64,000 nt of DNA from Octopus vulgaris (Eukaryota): assembly GCA_951406725.2 (NCBI GenBank), contig OX597818.1, positions 142,538,001-142,602,000 on the forward strand, given 5' to 3'. This document shows, one piece after another, positions 11,658 through 24,939 of this stretch. The notes under the pieces are model-generated. The model ran no database searches. It worked only from the letters and a program-made list of their open reading frames with translations, and was not told the DNA's origin. The stretch's first letter is position 1; each line of letters opens with the position of its first letter. A program made the position numbers and the translations under genes.

Positions 11658-12414
11658 TTAAGCTATAGTATATCCAGAACTACATAAGGAGAGATACACA
11701 TGTCTCTTTCTCTCTTTAAGAGGATAAGTTATGATTTCAGGGAAATGTAGCTGCTATTTCTAGTAAAGACAGTAACTGTATTGAGACCTCACTTGTAGAT
11801 TCTGTGGTGGTGGTGATGTTGGCAACAGCAGAAGTAGGCAACTTAGATTCAATCAAATTTCAATTCAGTTCAGATATGTAGTTACTTCTCATGTGATATG
11901 CACTCTTATAAAGTTTTGGGGGTTAATGAGGTTTATTGATGCTTGTAAAATGAACAACATATTGGCAAATAATATTAATATCTCTGGTAGTGACAGTAAT
12001 GATAATGGAGGTACCGTTCCTGTTGGTGGTAACAGTAATGGTGGGTGTTGTGATGTAGTGATAAAGGTGGTTTCTTTTAATCTATATTAATCCCAGAAAG
12101 ATAGCATCCATCTCCCACTATGTTCCAGCTGTCTCAAGCGATTGTGGAGAACAAGGAAAGCACAAGAGCAAGATGTAACAGGGTGAGAAACTGTATCAAG
12201 TCTTAATATGTAGGACTGGATTGGAGCGTCTTATAGATTGGCTTGAAATGTGTTTAAAGAGATAAAAAGAAGCCATGTTTCACTTCCTTCAGCAAGTTTT
12301 ATGCTGAATGTGCGAACTCTAGCACTTGCGTACATTTACATTAAAAAATACTAAACTTTCTCACAAAAGATTTATCAACCGTCACTTATAGGTAGTTTGT
12401 TATATAGATGCGTT

Positions 12415-12638
12415 TTATCTTTTACTTGTTTCAGTCATTTGACTGCGGCCATGCTGGAGCACTGCCTTTAGTCGAGCAAATCGACACCAGGACTTATTCT
12501 TTGTAAGCCTAGTACTTTCTTGATGAACCACTAAGTTCAGGTACATAACCAAGCCAACATGGTTGTCAAGCAGTGGAGTGGACAAACACAAATACACATG
12601 CACACACACATACACATCATCATCATCATCATCATCAT

Positions 12639-12674
<36 letters not shown>

Positions 12675-12846
12675 GCACATATACACGATGGGCTTCTTTC
12701 AGTTTTCACCTACCAACTCCACTCACAAGGCTTTAGTTGGCCCGAGGCTATAGTAGAAGACACTTGCCCAAGCTGCCATGCAGTGGGACTGAACCAGGAA
12801 ACATGTGGTTGTTAAGCAAGCTACTTACCACACAGCCACTCCTACA
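12415..12846 (-). mobile_element. SINE family B with aberrant middle segment
   Basis: Both ends are close to other B copies. 12516-12598 is identical to 12896-12978. Internal (CAT)n(TA)n. Confidence 0.85.
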
Positions 12847-12859
12847 CCGATAGTCAAAC

Positions 12860-14280
12860 AAATCAAACTAGTACTTAATTTTTTTTAATTGTCAGTTTCT
12901 TGATGAACCACTAAGTTCAGGTACATAACCAAGCCAACATGGTTGTCAAGCAGTGGAGTGGACAAACACAAATACACACACACACACACATATATATATA
13001 AATACTACACCTTCCCAGCATTGGATCTTGAGCCTACAGTGGACCATGGATTGCGTACTAGAGTATACCCTTGTGTGATTTTACTTATACATTCAGCATA
13101 CTTGGTCTGTACACACTGTTGACACACAGGTCTGCTTTTCTTGTCTCTAACTCAATGACTTTACTAGAATACTTCAATCCTATTGGATGGATCAATTAAT
13201 CAATCAATCACTCATATAATTTATTAATTAAGTACTTACTTAATTACATATTTAATTTTGTTGGCACTCCGTCAGTTACAATGACAAGGGTCCCAGCTGA
13301 TACGATCAGCGGAACAGCTTGCTCGTGAAATTAACGTGCAAGTGGCTGAGCACTCCACAGACACATGTACCCTTAACGTAGTTCTCGAGGAGATTCAGCG
13401 TGACACAGGGTGTGACAAGGCTGGCCCTTTGAAATACAGGTACAACAGAAACAGGAAGAAAGAGAGAAAGTTGTGGTGAAAGAGTAGAGCAGGGTTCGCC
13501 ACCATCCCCTGCCAGAGCCTCGTGGAACTTTAGGTGTTTTCGCTCAATAAACACTCACAGCGCCCAGTTTGGGAATCGAAACCGCGATTCTACGACCGCG
13601 AGTCCGCTACCCTAACCACTGGGCCATTGTGCCTCCACACTTAATTATATATTTAATTAATTACTTAATTTATTAATTTTTTAATTACTTTGATTATTTT
13701 ATTTATTAATTACTGAATTATTTTATTTTATTAACTAAATAATTAACTCATTATTTTATTAATTATTTCATTAATTAAATACTTAACTCATTCATTCATT
13801 ACTTAATTGCTTACTTGCTTACTTCATTAATTACTTTGAACTGGTTTGCACCCCCTTGAAGGGTTTAGTCAAAAAATTGACCAAGTACTTAATTTTTTTA
13901 AAGCCTAGTACTTATTGCCAGTTTCTTGATGAACCACTAAGTTATAGGTACATAACCAAGCCGACATGGACAAACAAAGACACACACATACAAACACACA
14001 TATATGTAAACACTACACCTTCCCTATGTTGGATCTTGAACCTGCAGTGGACCATGGACTGCATGCCAGAGTATAACCTTCTGTGATTTTACATATACAT
14101 TCAGCGTGTTTGGTCTGTACATGTGGATGTATGCATACATATACTCTAGTAAATACGTGAGTGTCTGCACACACTGATGGTACATGGATCTGTGGTTCTT
14201 CATTCTAACCTTATTATTAAAATACCTCAATTCTATTGGATCAATCAATCAATCACTCAATAATTAATTGATTATTTAAA
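12860..14280. repeat. Local diverged duplication (~12860-13260 vs ~13860-14280)
   Basis: Shared blocks in both halves: TTTCTTGATGAACCACTAAGTT, ACTACACCTTCCC..TTGGATCTTGA, CAGTGGACCATGGA and ATACATTCAGC. Confidence 0.7.
13263..13638 (-). mobile_element. SINE family A with ~20-bp TSD
   Basis: ACTTAATTA(C/T)ATATTTAATT at 13238-13257 and 13639-13658. Confidence 0.9.
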
Positions 14281-15480
14281 TTAATTCATTAGATAGTTAT
14301 TTAATTACTTCAGTACTTAATTTAACAAATTAAGTAATTACATCATTAATTAATAAATTAATTAAATACATAATTACTTAACTAATTAACTGCTTAACTA
14401 CTTAACTAATCAATTGCTTAATTACTTAATTAATTGCTTATTATGAATTAATTGTTTATTATTAATTGCTTAATTATTTGTTTGATGAAAATGTCTGATG
14501 AAAATGTTTCATGGATGCAACTGGTTTGATTCAGTTTCAAACTGTCCGATCCAGTTTTGACTGGTCTGATCTGGTTTGAACTGGTTTCAACCAGTTCAAA
14601 TCATTTCAGACTAGTTTAAGCTGCTTCAAACTGATTCAAAACACTTAATTAATTATAATTAATTACTTAATTAGTTAATTGGCTGATGAAAATGTTTGAT
14701 GGGTGCAACTAGTCTGATCTGATTTTGATCTGTCTGATCTAGTTTGAATCAGTTTTTAAACCATTTTGAACTGGTGTGAACCAGTTTCAACAGGTTAATA
14801 GCATTTTGAACCAGTTCAAACCAGATTTAATTAATTAATTAATTGCCCCATTAATTAATTATTGGCTTTATAAGTTAATCACTTAATAATTAATTGCTTA
14901 ATAATCAATTACTTAATTAATTAATTACTAAATTACTTAACAAATTGCTTAATTAATTGTGTGATGAAAACATCTGATGAAAATGTTTGATAAAAATGTC
15001 CGATGGATGCTATATGTCTGATCTGATTTCAACCTGTCTGAACCAGTTTTTAAACCATTTTGTATGTAAATGTCTGATGAAAGTATTTTGATAGATGCGA
15101 CCTGTCTGATCCAGTATGACTGGTTTGATCCTGTTTGAATCAGTCTGATCCAGTTTGAACTGGTTTCAGCTGGTTTGAGCCAGTCCAAACAGGTTGAAAC
15201 AGTTTCTACCAGTTAATTAGTTGCTTGCTTGCTTAAGTAATCAGTTAATTAGTTATTTACTTGCTTAATATGTTAATTAGATAGTTGCTTCCTTACTTAG
15301 TTAATTAGCTGGTTGCATAATTAACTAATTAATCAGCTACTTATTTAATTAAAGAGTTAATTTAATTAGCTAATTGCTTGCTTAATTAATTAGGCAAGCA
15401 GCTAATTAATTAATTAACCAATCAACTAATTGATTAATTAATTAACCAAGCAACAAATTAAACAATCAATCAATCAATCC
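14260..15480. repeat. Degenerate composite repeat: TTAA-rich blocks alternating with CTGGTTTGAA-like blocks
   Basis: Three blocks (~14481, ~14682, ~14961) begin TGATGAAAATGT..GATGGRTGC and continue as ~10-bp CTGGTTTGA/CCAGTT variants. Confidence 0.65.
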
Positions 15481-15517
15481 CTCATTCACCTTTTTACATA
15501 CATACATACATACATAA

Positions 15518-15660
15518 ATAATCAAAATAAGCCACAAGGATATCCAGAGGTAATGCAGTACGATTGTTTCATGCAACTCCATTTAATTGAATTAAATGGA
15601 GGCGCATGAAACAATCGTACTGCATTACCTCTGGATATCCTTGTGGCTTATTTTGATTAT
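15518..15660. repeat. 143-bp near-perfect palindrome (71-bp arms, 1-nt spacer)
   Basis: Centre G at 15589. Only two adjacent mismatches (15575-15576). Confidence 0.95.
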
Positions 15661-15744
15661 AATCACCCCATTTTGAATTATATGGGTAATATCATACTAA
15701 ATTCTGGTGCCTTTAACTTAAGTACCATATTCATCTGAATCTAA

Positions 15745-15749
<5 letters not shown>

Positions 15750-15806
<57 letters not shown>

Positions 15807-15880
15807 TACATACATACATACATACATACATACATACATACATACATACATACATACATACATACATACATACATACATA
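15750..15880. repeat. (CA)n(TACA)n compound microsatellite
   Basis: Direct reading. Confidence 0.95.
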
Positions 15881-16666
15881 ATACAAAGAATGGGTTTCTT
15901 ATAATTTCTGTCTACAAAACCCACTTGCAAGTTATTGATCAGTAAAAGATACTCATCGATGCAGAGAGACTGACCCTGAAATCATGTGATTGGGATGCAA
16001 GCTTTTTCCCATGCACAAAGTGGATCATTTTATATATTTTGGTCCTTATTGTAATAGAATTGATTATGGATTCAATACTAGTATGCAGCATTTTGGACAA
16101 TCGTTTTGTACTGCAGTTTCATATTGACCAATATCTCTCAAATAGAATTTGGCAGACTGGAACCGTGCAGCTTATATATATATATATATATGTGTTTCTG
16201 TGCATGGGCTGATGAATATCAACAAAGAATGAAAATGCCACTGCGGAACCTAAAAGAAGCAGTGCTGTTTGAACAAAGTCCTTTGAAGTTTATGTTCTTC
16301 ACTAGATTACAGACACTCCCTTGTCACTTTTCACTATCAGAAATGCAGTGAGCCTATGATTGGTCTGTTAAAAAACTGTGACCAATGTCATTATTGATCA
16401 AATAGCGACATAATATATACAAAATAAAATGAAAGCCTGAGTTGAGGTTTTTTATTGTGTAGTCAAAATGTTGATGACAACTATCAGAAATTTTATTTGG
16501 TAAAGTAATTGGTAAATTTGTCCCATTCCTGAAGATTATTGACATTGTAAACTACCAAACAGTCAATTACTAGTTAAGCTGGTACTGATGTAATGTGAGA
16601 CAAGACTTTTTAATTAATTAATATTACACCTATATTGAGGAATAAAAAAGACATTTATTTTTTTTT

Positions 16667-17047
16667 GAAGCACTCCGTCGGTTACGACGATGAGGGTTTC
16701 AGTTGATCCGATCAACGGAACAGCCTGCTCGTGAAATTAACGTGTAAGTGGCTGAGCACTCCACAGACACATGCACCCTTAACGTAGTTCTCGGGGATAT
16801 TCAGCGTGACACAGAGAGTGACAAGGCCGGCCCTTTGAAATACAGGTACAACAGAAACAGGAAGTAAGAGTGAGAGAAAGTTGTGGTGAAAGAGTACAGC
16901 AGGGATCACCACCATCCCCTGCCAGAGCCTCGTAGAGCTTTTAGGTGTTTTTGCTCAATAAACACTCACAACGCCCAGTCTGGGAATCGAAACCACGATC
17001 CTACGACCGCGAGTCCGCTGCGCTAACCACTGGGCCATTGCGCCTCC
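16667..17047 (-). mobile_element. SINE family A, full length
   Basis: Near-identical to 779-1163. Approximate TSD AAAAAG(A/C)CATT. Confidence 0.9.
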
Positions 17048-17844
17048 AAAAAAGCCATTATCTTAATGATTCATCCTTTCAAGAAATGCAGGAAGAGATA
17101 ATTCTGAGATATCAATATTAAGATTTAAATATTTAATTCAAACAATATGGGCCATAGAGTGGAGAGAGAGAGAGAGAGGGAGAGAGAGAGAGAGAGAGAA
17201 AGAAAGAAAGAGAGAACGAGAGAGAAAGAGAGAGAAAGAATGGCCTTTAGTAAATACAGTGAAAACTCCAGTTATGTTTCTGTCTTGTAAAACATATGCC
17301 AAAACTTATATGCTAGCAGTACCCGTAAATATTTCGAAAAATTAATGGTAAATTTATTATAACCTTTAGTTAAACTGCATATATCTACCATGTAAATAAG
17401 TGTGAATATTTGACAGAGTTGCACTTATGTGCATGTGTTAAGTGATAGGTGATATAAAAACTGTGCTCAATTCTTTTTTTTTAATTACACTTTTCACTAT
17501 CCACTCACCACCACCAACTCCACCACCTCTACCAACACCATCACCTCTCTCTCTCTTTCCCTCTCCCTCTCTCTTCCTGCCTTCCTTTAACCTCATCATC
17601 AGAACATCACCCCTCTACTAAAATTATATTTCTAACTCTTCTTCTTTGTATCACTACTTTCGGCTAACTTTTTTAACTACGTAATAAATATCATTCCTTC
17701 TACCTCACATCATGGATGCTTCTCTCTTCCTCTCTCTTTTTACTTCCTCTTTCTCTCACTCTCTGCCTTACACTCTTTCTCTCCTTTTTCTTTCTCCTTC
17801 TTTTTTTCTCACTCTTTGCCTCCTACTCACATCATGGACAATGC

Positions 17845-18240
17845 CGGCATGGCTGTGTGCTTAAGAAGCTTGCTTTTCGACCACATGGTCTCAGGTTCAG
17901 TTTCACAGCATGGTACCTTAGATGCATGTCTTCTACTATAGCGTCAGGCTGATTAATGCCTTGTGAGCAAATTTGGTAGATAGAAACTGAGTGGAAGCCT
18001 AGTGTGTGTGTGTGTACATCTCTGTGTTTATCCCCCACACCACCTTCACCTCTTGATACCTGGTGTTGGTTTGTTTACATCCCCATAACTTGTGGCTCAG
18101 CAAAAAAGCCAACAGAGTAAGTACCAAAATTTTTTTTTTAAATAAATGAAAACTGTGGTAGTTTCATTCACCTAAACCCTTCAAAGTAATGCATCGCCAT
18201 GGCTGCAGTTCAATAACTGAAACAAGGTAAAAATAAAAGA
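17845..18240 (+). mobile_element. SINE family B, old diverged copy
   Basis: GGCATGGCTGTGTG head through to ACTGAAACAAGGTAAAA. Confidence 0.7.
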
Positions 18241-18589
18241 TGATTTGTAACAAAACCAGAAGAGGGAGACAACTCAAAAGTCCATCTATCCAGCTTCTCT
18301 GCTCAATATTCCTTTGAGAGTTGAGTCATCAGGCACCTCCACTTTCCTGCCAGAAGGGTCATTAGTCTTGCCAGGGGGATTCACAAACATGTCCAACAGA
18401 AACTATAGACATTATCCAACCATCTTCTTGGTCTATTGCTAGGTTGTCTGATGGTAAGAGAATAAAACATGAAATTGAATTTATGCACCCGAGATCCTGT
18501 AAATGAAATGGTCAGCAAGAGTCTCAACAGCAATGGCTGGGTAATAACTGTTTGTACACCAATTTTTACATCAACAGCTTTATAGTAAA

Positions 18590-18976
18590 CTAGCAGTATC
18601 GCCCGGCGTTGCTCGGGTTTGTAAGGGAAATAACTATATAAGCATTTTTAGAGAGTTATAGCCAAAAAATAGCAAAAAAATGGAAAAAAATTATGGTAAT
18701 TTTTTTTTAAATCGTTGACTCATCGTAGACATTTTAGAGAGTTACTTCCCTTATATAATAGCGAAAAAATGCATAAAAGTGGAAAAAAATGATGGTAATT
18801 TTTTTTTTAAATCGTAGACTCATCGTAGATGCGCGCTAATACCCAGAAGGGCTCGATATGAATCACGACTATAAGATACCCGGTTTTGGTTAAACTGCAC
18901 CGCAAAATGTGGGAGTAGTTAGGAATCTAAATCGTAGGAGACAGACAGCACACAACCTTTCTTTTATATATAAAGA
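18590..18976 (-). mobile_element. Non-autonomous Helitron-like element
   Basis: Minus strand reads A|TCTTTATATATAAAA ... subterminal hairpin CCCGAGCAACGCCGGG ... CTAG|T. No TSD, inserted between A and T, with a short internal duplication. Confidence 0.85.
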
Positions 18977-19087
18977 TGTTTGTACATCAATTGCTACAGT
19001 TTTAAAATATTTCATGAACAGTTTTCCACAAGAACAGTGAACCTCAACACAACAAAACATGTGTGTGTGTGTGTGTGTGTGTGTCTG

Positions 19088-19134
<47 letters not shown>

Positions 19135-19543
19135 AAGAGACCATGACTTGCAAACAAGGTTAATGACAAAAGATTTCTATTGTAACTTAAGTCAGTCACC
19201 TCACTCTACAAGTCTCACTCCAGTGAGCTGAAAGACAAATATTAACCTTGTGTCATTAATTAACTCTATTTCATATTATATTAGACTAGATTATGTATTT
19301 TATGAAGAATCCTGTTAATCGTAGGTTTCCAGTAGGTCAGTTATTGGTTCACAGGAGAGAGAAAGAGAGAGAGATGCTGTGAGAGAAGGGAGATGCATAC
19401 ATCTTTCACTGATATACATTGTGAAAAGATAATCACATCACACAAACACACAACATTGTTTTAACAGCATTTGCATGTCAGTGGACAAAACAGTGTACTG
19501 GGACTTACAATAGCTATTTACTGACAGCAAGCCACAGCATATA

Positions 19544-19910
19544 TCTCTCTATATATAAACGGCAGTTTGTCTGTCTGTGTGTCTGTGTGGCTGTCAGGTT
19601 GTACCCTCACCCTGACCACGGCTTTCAACCGATTCTGATGAAACTTGACACACACATAGCCCAATGTCATAATTGAAAACTAACGCAGCGAAAATTTTGA
19701 AAAGCTCCCCCAGTTCTGAAAAATATCGATAAATTCGACATGGGGTCGAGAATCTAAGCTTTTTATATGCAACACATTTTCTGTCAGGAGACAGCTAGGA
19801 ACATCGTATACATAGAAGTATTCGAGTGAAGAGAAGACATTGCAACCTACACATGCGCCTTCGTTCCCTAGAGGGAAAGAACTAGATTGGGATTAGTCGT
19901 TACCTACTAG
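19544..19910 (+). mobile_element. Helitron-like element of a second family, bracketed by a 34-bp direct repeat
   Basis: A|TCTCTCTATATATAAA start and GTCTGTCTGT 5' motif. Hairpin TTCCCT-AG-AGGGAA at 19864-19877. CTAG at 19882 and 19907. Confidence 0.65.
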
Positions 19911-19949
19911 CTATTTACTGACAGCAAGCCACAGCATATATATTCATAA

Positions 19950-20862
19950 ACCCACCCACACTTAACAAGAAAACGTCTTACACTCCACCACAACAAACCA
20001 AACTATGTCTCTACATATCTTCCTCACATTTCCGTTTCATGCATTATGATTACCTCCCACACCCCAATCCTGTCTTCTTGGCCCTGTGCCACTGTATCAT
20101 TGCTCTCCGCTAACCCCAAACCTGTGCATTCTACCCACATGCCATGTCTCACTCTATTATTGCCATCTGCTAGCCTCTGACCTGGGTGTTCTACCCACAC
20201 GTAACAAGAAAACTTTTCCCTCACCCTACCTCAACAAACCAATCTACATCTCCTCTTTCCCACATTTCCTCCTTCATACACTATGCCTAGCTCTCACTCC
20301 CCAATCCTGTCCTCACACCCCTGTTCCTCTGTATTATTGCTATCAGGTAGCTCCTCCAACTCTCTATATACCCAGGTCCTTCACCACTTACTCGCACTCT
20401 TTAACCACAGCTCCTTTCGCATTTGAATCTCAAGGGTTTGCCCTGGCACTTGCCACCATCTACATCTCTCTCTTCCTTTACTCAACCATTCTCATTTATA
20501 TTCTGATCCCCCATTCCTTGTGAGTATGCCCGATATTTTGCCACCATCTCTATCCTGTTGTCTTCCACTTTCTCTCCTTCTCCTGCACTTCCCTTAGGTT
20601 GGGCAACCGTGTATTTTCTTTGTGGTAGCACACCTGTTTCTGTCTTCATTCCTGATCTTTCTCTCTCCAGCCAGGTAAATTACTCACCTCACCTGTGCTT
20701 GTGCCACATAAAATACACTAAGTCCACTCTGCTGAGTGATTGATGTTAGGAAGGGCATCCAGCTATGAAAATCCTACCAAAACAGTCACAGAAGTCTGGT
20801 GCAAGCTTCAGCCTGGCCAGTTCTTGTGGTACCGTCCCACTCATGCTAGAGAGTAAATGATG
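19950..20862 (+). mobile_element. Pyrimidine-rich RTE-associated 3' region (old)
   Basis: 20365-20680 is homologous to 36845-37180. Both run into the TTAGGAAGGGCATCCAGC RTE tail. Confidence 0.6.
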
Positions 20863-21294
20863 ATTAAGCCCCAACTTGTGGAGCACCAGAACAACTGCCC
20901 AGTATGCCTATGCCTTAAGACAACATTGTGAGTGTATGTGTGTGTCTTTAGTACTGATATGTTAACAGTCACTGTATCTGGTTTAAAAGCAACACTTATT
21001 AACAGATATCTTGTAGATAGATGAATTGAGATCTCAACGAAAGATGAATTGGATACTTAACCAATGATGAGATCTCAACAAAAGATGAAACCAGTGAGAC
21101 TGATCCCTCTTTTTCTGTCCATAAAGATATTGCACAAAGCTCAAGTTCTTTACGTCTGTCTATATACACAGTGTACAACACTATATTACACTATATATTA
21201 CACTATATTGCAGCACACACTCACATACACATATACATACATACACATGCATACACACACACACACACACCTGTAACTCAAAACATGATGTATA

Positions 21295-21690
21295 GGCGCA
21301 TGAATGGCTGTGTGGTAAGTAGCTTGCTTACCAACCACATGGTTCCGGGTTCAGTCCCACTGCTGGCACCTTGGGCAAGTGTCTTCTACTATAGCCTCGG
21401 GCCGACCAAAGCCTTGTGAGTGGATTTGGTAGACGGAAACTGAAAGAAGCCTGTCGTATATGTGTATATATGTATGTGTATCTATATGTTTGTGTGTCTG
21501 TGTTTGTCTCCCTAGCATTGCTTGACAACTGATGCTGGTGTGTTTACATCCCCGTCACTTAGCAGTTCGGCAAAAGAGACCGATAGAATAAGTACTGGGC
21601 TTACAAAGAATAAGTCCCGGGGTCGATTTGCTCGACTAAAGGCGGTGCTCCAGCATGGCCACAGTCAAATGACTGAAACAAGTAAAAAGA
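21295..21690 (+). mobile_element. SINE family B, full length
   Basis: AGGCGCATGAATGGCTGTGTGGTAAG through to GAAACAAGTAAAAAGAG. Confidence 0.9.
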
Positions 21691-22062
21691 GTATAGTATA
21701 AATATTTATTCAGGCAATGCTTTTACTTTTAGTTCAAGAGTCATGAATAAGTGACCAATCAGAGGCTGTGTATATAACCCAGGGGCCTAATATCACATCA
21801 TCTCAAGCACTTCATATCTGAGTTTCACTGCTCTTCTATTAACAACATGGTGACCATGATCAAGATACATAACTCTCCATGACTCTATCCATCTAGTTCA
21901 TAGAATGGTTTAAGTCATTATTGGTGCATCATTTTGGTGCAGTGAATACTGTTCAATAGACACTGTTATTGAAAGAATTGATGCCAAGAAACAGAAACAA
22001 AAATCCCACAGATTTCCACTACTTCTACTAGCATTACCATCATTTATTTTCTTTGTTTTCTG

Positions 22063-22733
22063 TAATAATAATAATGATAATAATAATTCTTTCTTTATTG
22101 GCCACAAGGTCCCAATACAAAAACATATAGGGACAATACAAAACAAGGGACAAGTGGGGTTTAAAACAGAAAACATGTAAACAATAAAAAACAAAAGCAG
22201 TTAACAAAATATCTAACAACAAAATTCCCCAATAGAGGGAAGTTCCACCCAGGGCCAACCAGGGCATCCCACATATCCTGGTTACCTTGAATGGCAAGGG
22301 CATGCCAGGTAGGCACCCCTCTTACATGCAAATACTCCGGCTTGCAGACAAATATTCAGAGCAGGCCCATTCACACTAGCCATTTTCACAACATTCACCC
22401 GTCTTTCAACAAAATTACTGGGGGTCAGTACTTCTCTCTCTACCCTCACTCTCCTTTTCAAGTAGAACTTGAAAAAGTCAATGAGGGCTCAGCCAAAGAG
22501 GAAAGTGTCTGTCTTTCAGCCTCATCCACCACACTACTTCTTTCGCTATAGCCACCAGGCAGAGGAAAACTGCCTTTCCCTCCTGGCCAAAAGAAGGCGG
22601 TGGGGTGATCTTCACAATGGACTCAGCCAATAAGTAGATCCATCCTACACATGACAACAGCTGTTCAGCAAAGCTCTACAAGTCAGTAATACACAGACAC
22701 TGGATAAGTGCATGCAAGATGGTTTCATTGCCC
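22063..22733 (-). mobile_element. Tx1/L1-clade LINE 3' fragment
   Basis: Minus translation NETILHALIQC...FLCLVAIAKEVVWWMRLK...FFKFYLKRRVRVE resembles the second half of the C-terminal zinc knuckle and tail of Tx1/L1 ORF2. AATAAA then an (ATT)n tail. In-frame stop present. Confidence 0.75.
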
Positions 22734-24382
22734 TACGTACACCTTCGACGACGACGACAACAACGACGATGACGACGGCGACGGCGATGGCGACGACGAC
22801 AACGACAATAATTGCAGAACTGGAATGGCATGAACAGTACAGATGAGAAACCACAGTGCTGGTATGCACATGTCAATCAAACAAATAGACAAAACATGTT
22901 GCTGGAAGAGTAAGAAACTAGTAGAAGAGTGGTTGAGATGGGTTGAAAGTGGGATGAAGAAGAAGAAGACTTGAAATGAAGGCATTAAATCAGACCGTAG
23001 AGGAGTTAAGCTACACACAGATATGGCTTTAATGGGAGACCTGGCCAGTATGGAGAGAAGTTTGTACATTGATGTTGGTGGTGAGGGTAGTGTTGATGGT
23101 GATTGAGATGATGATGATGATGAGGAGGAAAGGTGGTGGAGAGTAATGCCAAAGATGGTGTAGTTTTTCTAACATGAAATGATCAAAGGGAAATATTTCT
23201 CCCTCTTGTTAAGCATTTGTCAGAATAGATAAACCAGAGAACCACTGCAGCCAGAGAACAAATGCAGCCATAAATGTACACACACACACACACGTGTGTG
23301 TAAACATATGCACACATGCATGTGTAAACTTATGCACACACACATTACAATTTTAAAACTTTTCTTTTTCTCTTTCCTTCATAAAATTTTATGTATTAAT
23401 ATAAATTTTATATAATATATATTTATTTTCGCTATTATCCATCTTTGAAAGGAAGCATCAAAAAATGAACATAAAATATATTTCAAAAAAGAAAAAAAAA
23501 ATCAATAAATATTTGGGTTTGAGGATATATCCAAAATGATTAAAAGAACAATAAAAAAAATGCAGAAAAGAAAGCATTCAGAGATGGCAGGGGGGTGGGG
23601 AGATGGCATTTATGAAAGAATCGTATTAAAGGATGTTTGTGAGATGGAACATTTCAATTAGGGCCTACAAATCTTACCATTCCAATGTCTGAAGAAAAAT
23701 AGAAGGTGATGAGGATTCATCAGATGCACGTTACGTTTTGGTTGGGTTGTCAGACTACTAAGGATGAAGGGAATACAAAACTGTACCTGAATGTTTTTAT
23801 TTAAATGTCATCTGTTATACAATCATGCGTACATTGAAAGATGGAGTAAATGGGGTTGATTGGCAACTACAAAGGGCTTCTACATGGATATTAAGATTCT
23901 AGGTGAATCTACCTCCAGGTCTCTTTTACACCCCGCCACCATCCCTCACACACACACAATTATCTATTCAAAGGTTTAAGATGGCTTTTCAATAACAAAC
24001 TCGATATGTACTGGAAGAGTACATAATTCTTTAAATGTGGTGAGTGTGTGTGTGGATGTGTGTGTGGATGTGTGCGTGTGTGTGTCAGTATGTTTCCTTT
24101 ATGAGAGAAATAAGAGAACATTCTATAGAAATGGATATTTTAGATTATCTACATCACCATTGTTATTGTTTTAACATCCACTTTTCCATTCTTGCATGGG
24201 TCAGACAGAATTCATTGAAACAGATTTTCTGTAACAGGATACGTTTCCTGTTGCAGTCCATCTGTATTCAAACAAGGTAGTATTTTCCCATGGTCAGACA
24301 TATTTCTGTGAAAAACAGGAAGCGAAAAGCGTTGCTTCTATGACAATGTCACTTATCTACAACTATTACGTGACATCATAGA

Positions 24383-24414
<32 letters not shown>

Positions 24415-24551
24415 GTATATATACCTACATTTCATAATTATTTCTTTATTAATGTTTGCTTTTATCTTCAGTTATAATAAAAACAATTTTACACTAATCC
24501 AATGGCTTAATCTATACTCTTGTAGAGCACAGATTTATAGTTCTTAAACTC

Positions 24552-24939
24552 GTGGAGGCACAATGGCCCAGTGGTTAGGGCAGTGGACTCACGGTCATAG
24601 GATCGCGGTTTCGATTCCCAGACCGAGCGTTGTGAGTGTTTATTGAACGAAAACACCTAAAGCTCCACGAGGCTCCGGCAGGGGATGGTGGTGATCCCTG
24701 CTGTACTCTTTCACCACAACTTTCTCTCACTCTTTCTTGCTGTTTCTATTGTACCTGTATTTCAAAGGCCCAGCCTGTATTTCAAAGTGTCACGCCGAAT
24801 CTCCCCAAGAACTACGTTAAGGGTACACGTGTCTGTGGAGTGCTCAGCCACTTACACGTTAATTTCACGAGCAGGCTGTTCCGTTGATTCGGATCAACCG
24901 GAACCCTCGTCGTTGTAACCGACGGAGTGCTTCCATTCC
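24552..24939 (+). mobile_element. SINE family A with 11-bp TSD
   Basis: AGTTCTTAAAC at 24539-24549 and 24940-24950. Confidence 0.9.

Noticed and set aside
14495-15085. Several CTGATGA motifs as hammerhead cores
   Set aside because: No stem II plus GAAA and cleavage triplet in a workable arrangement.
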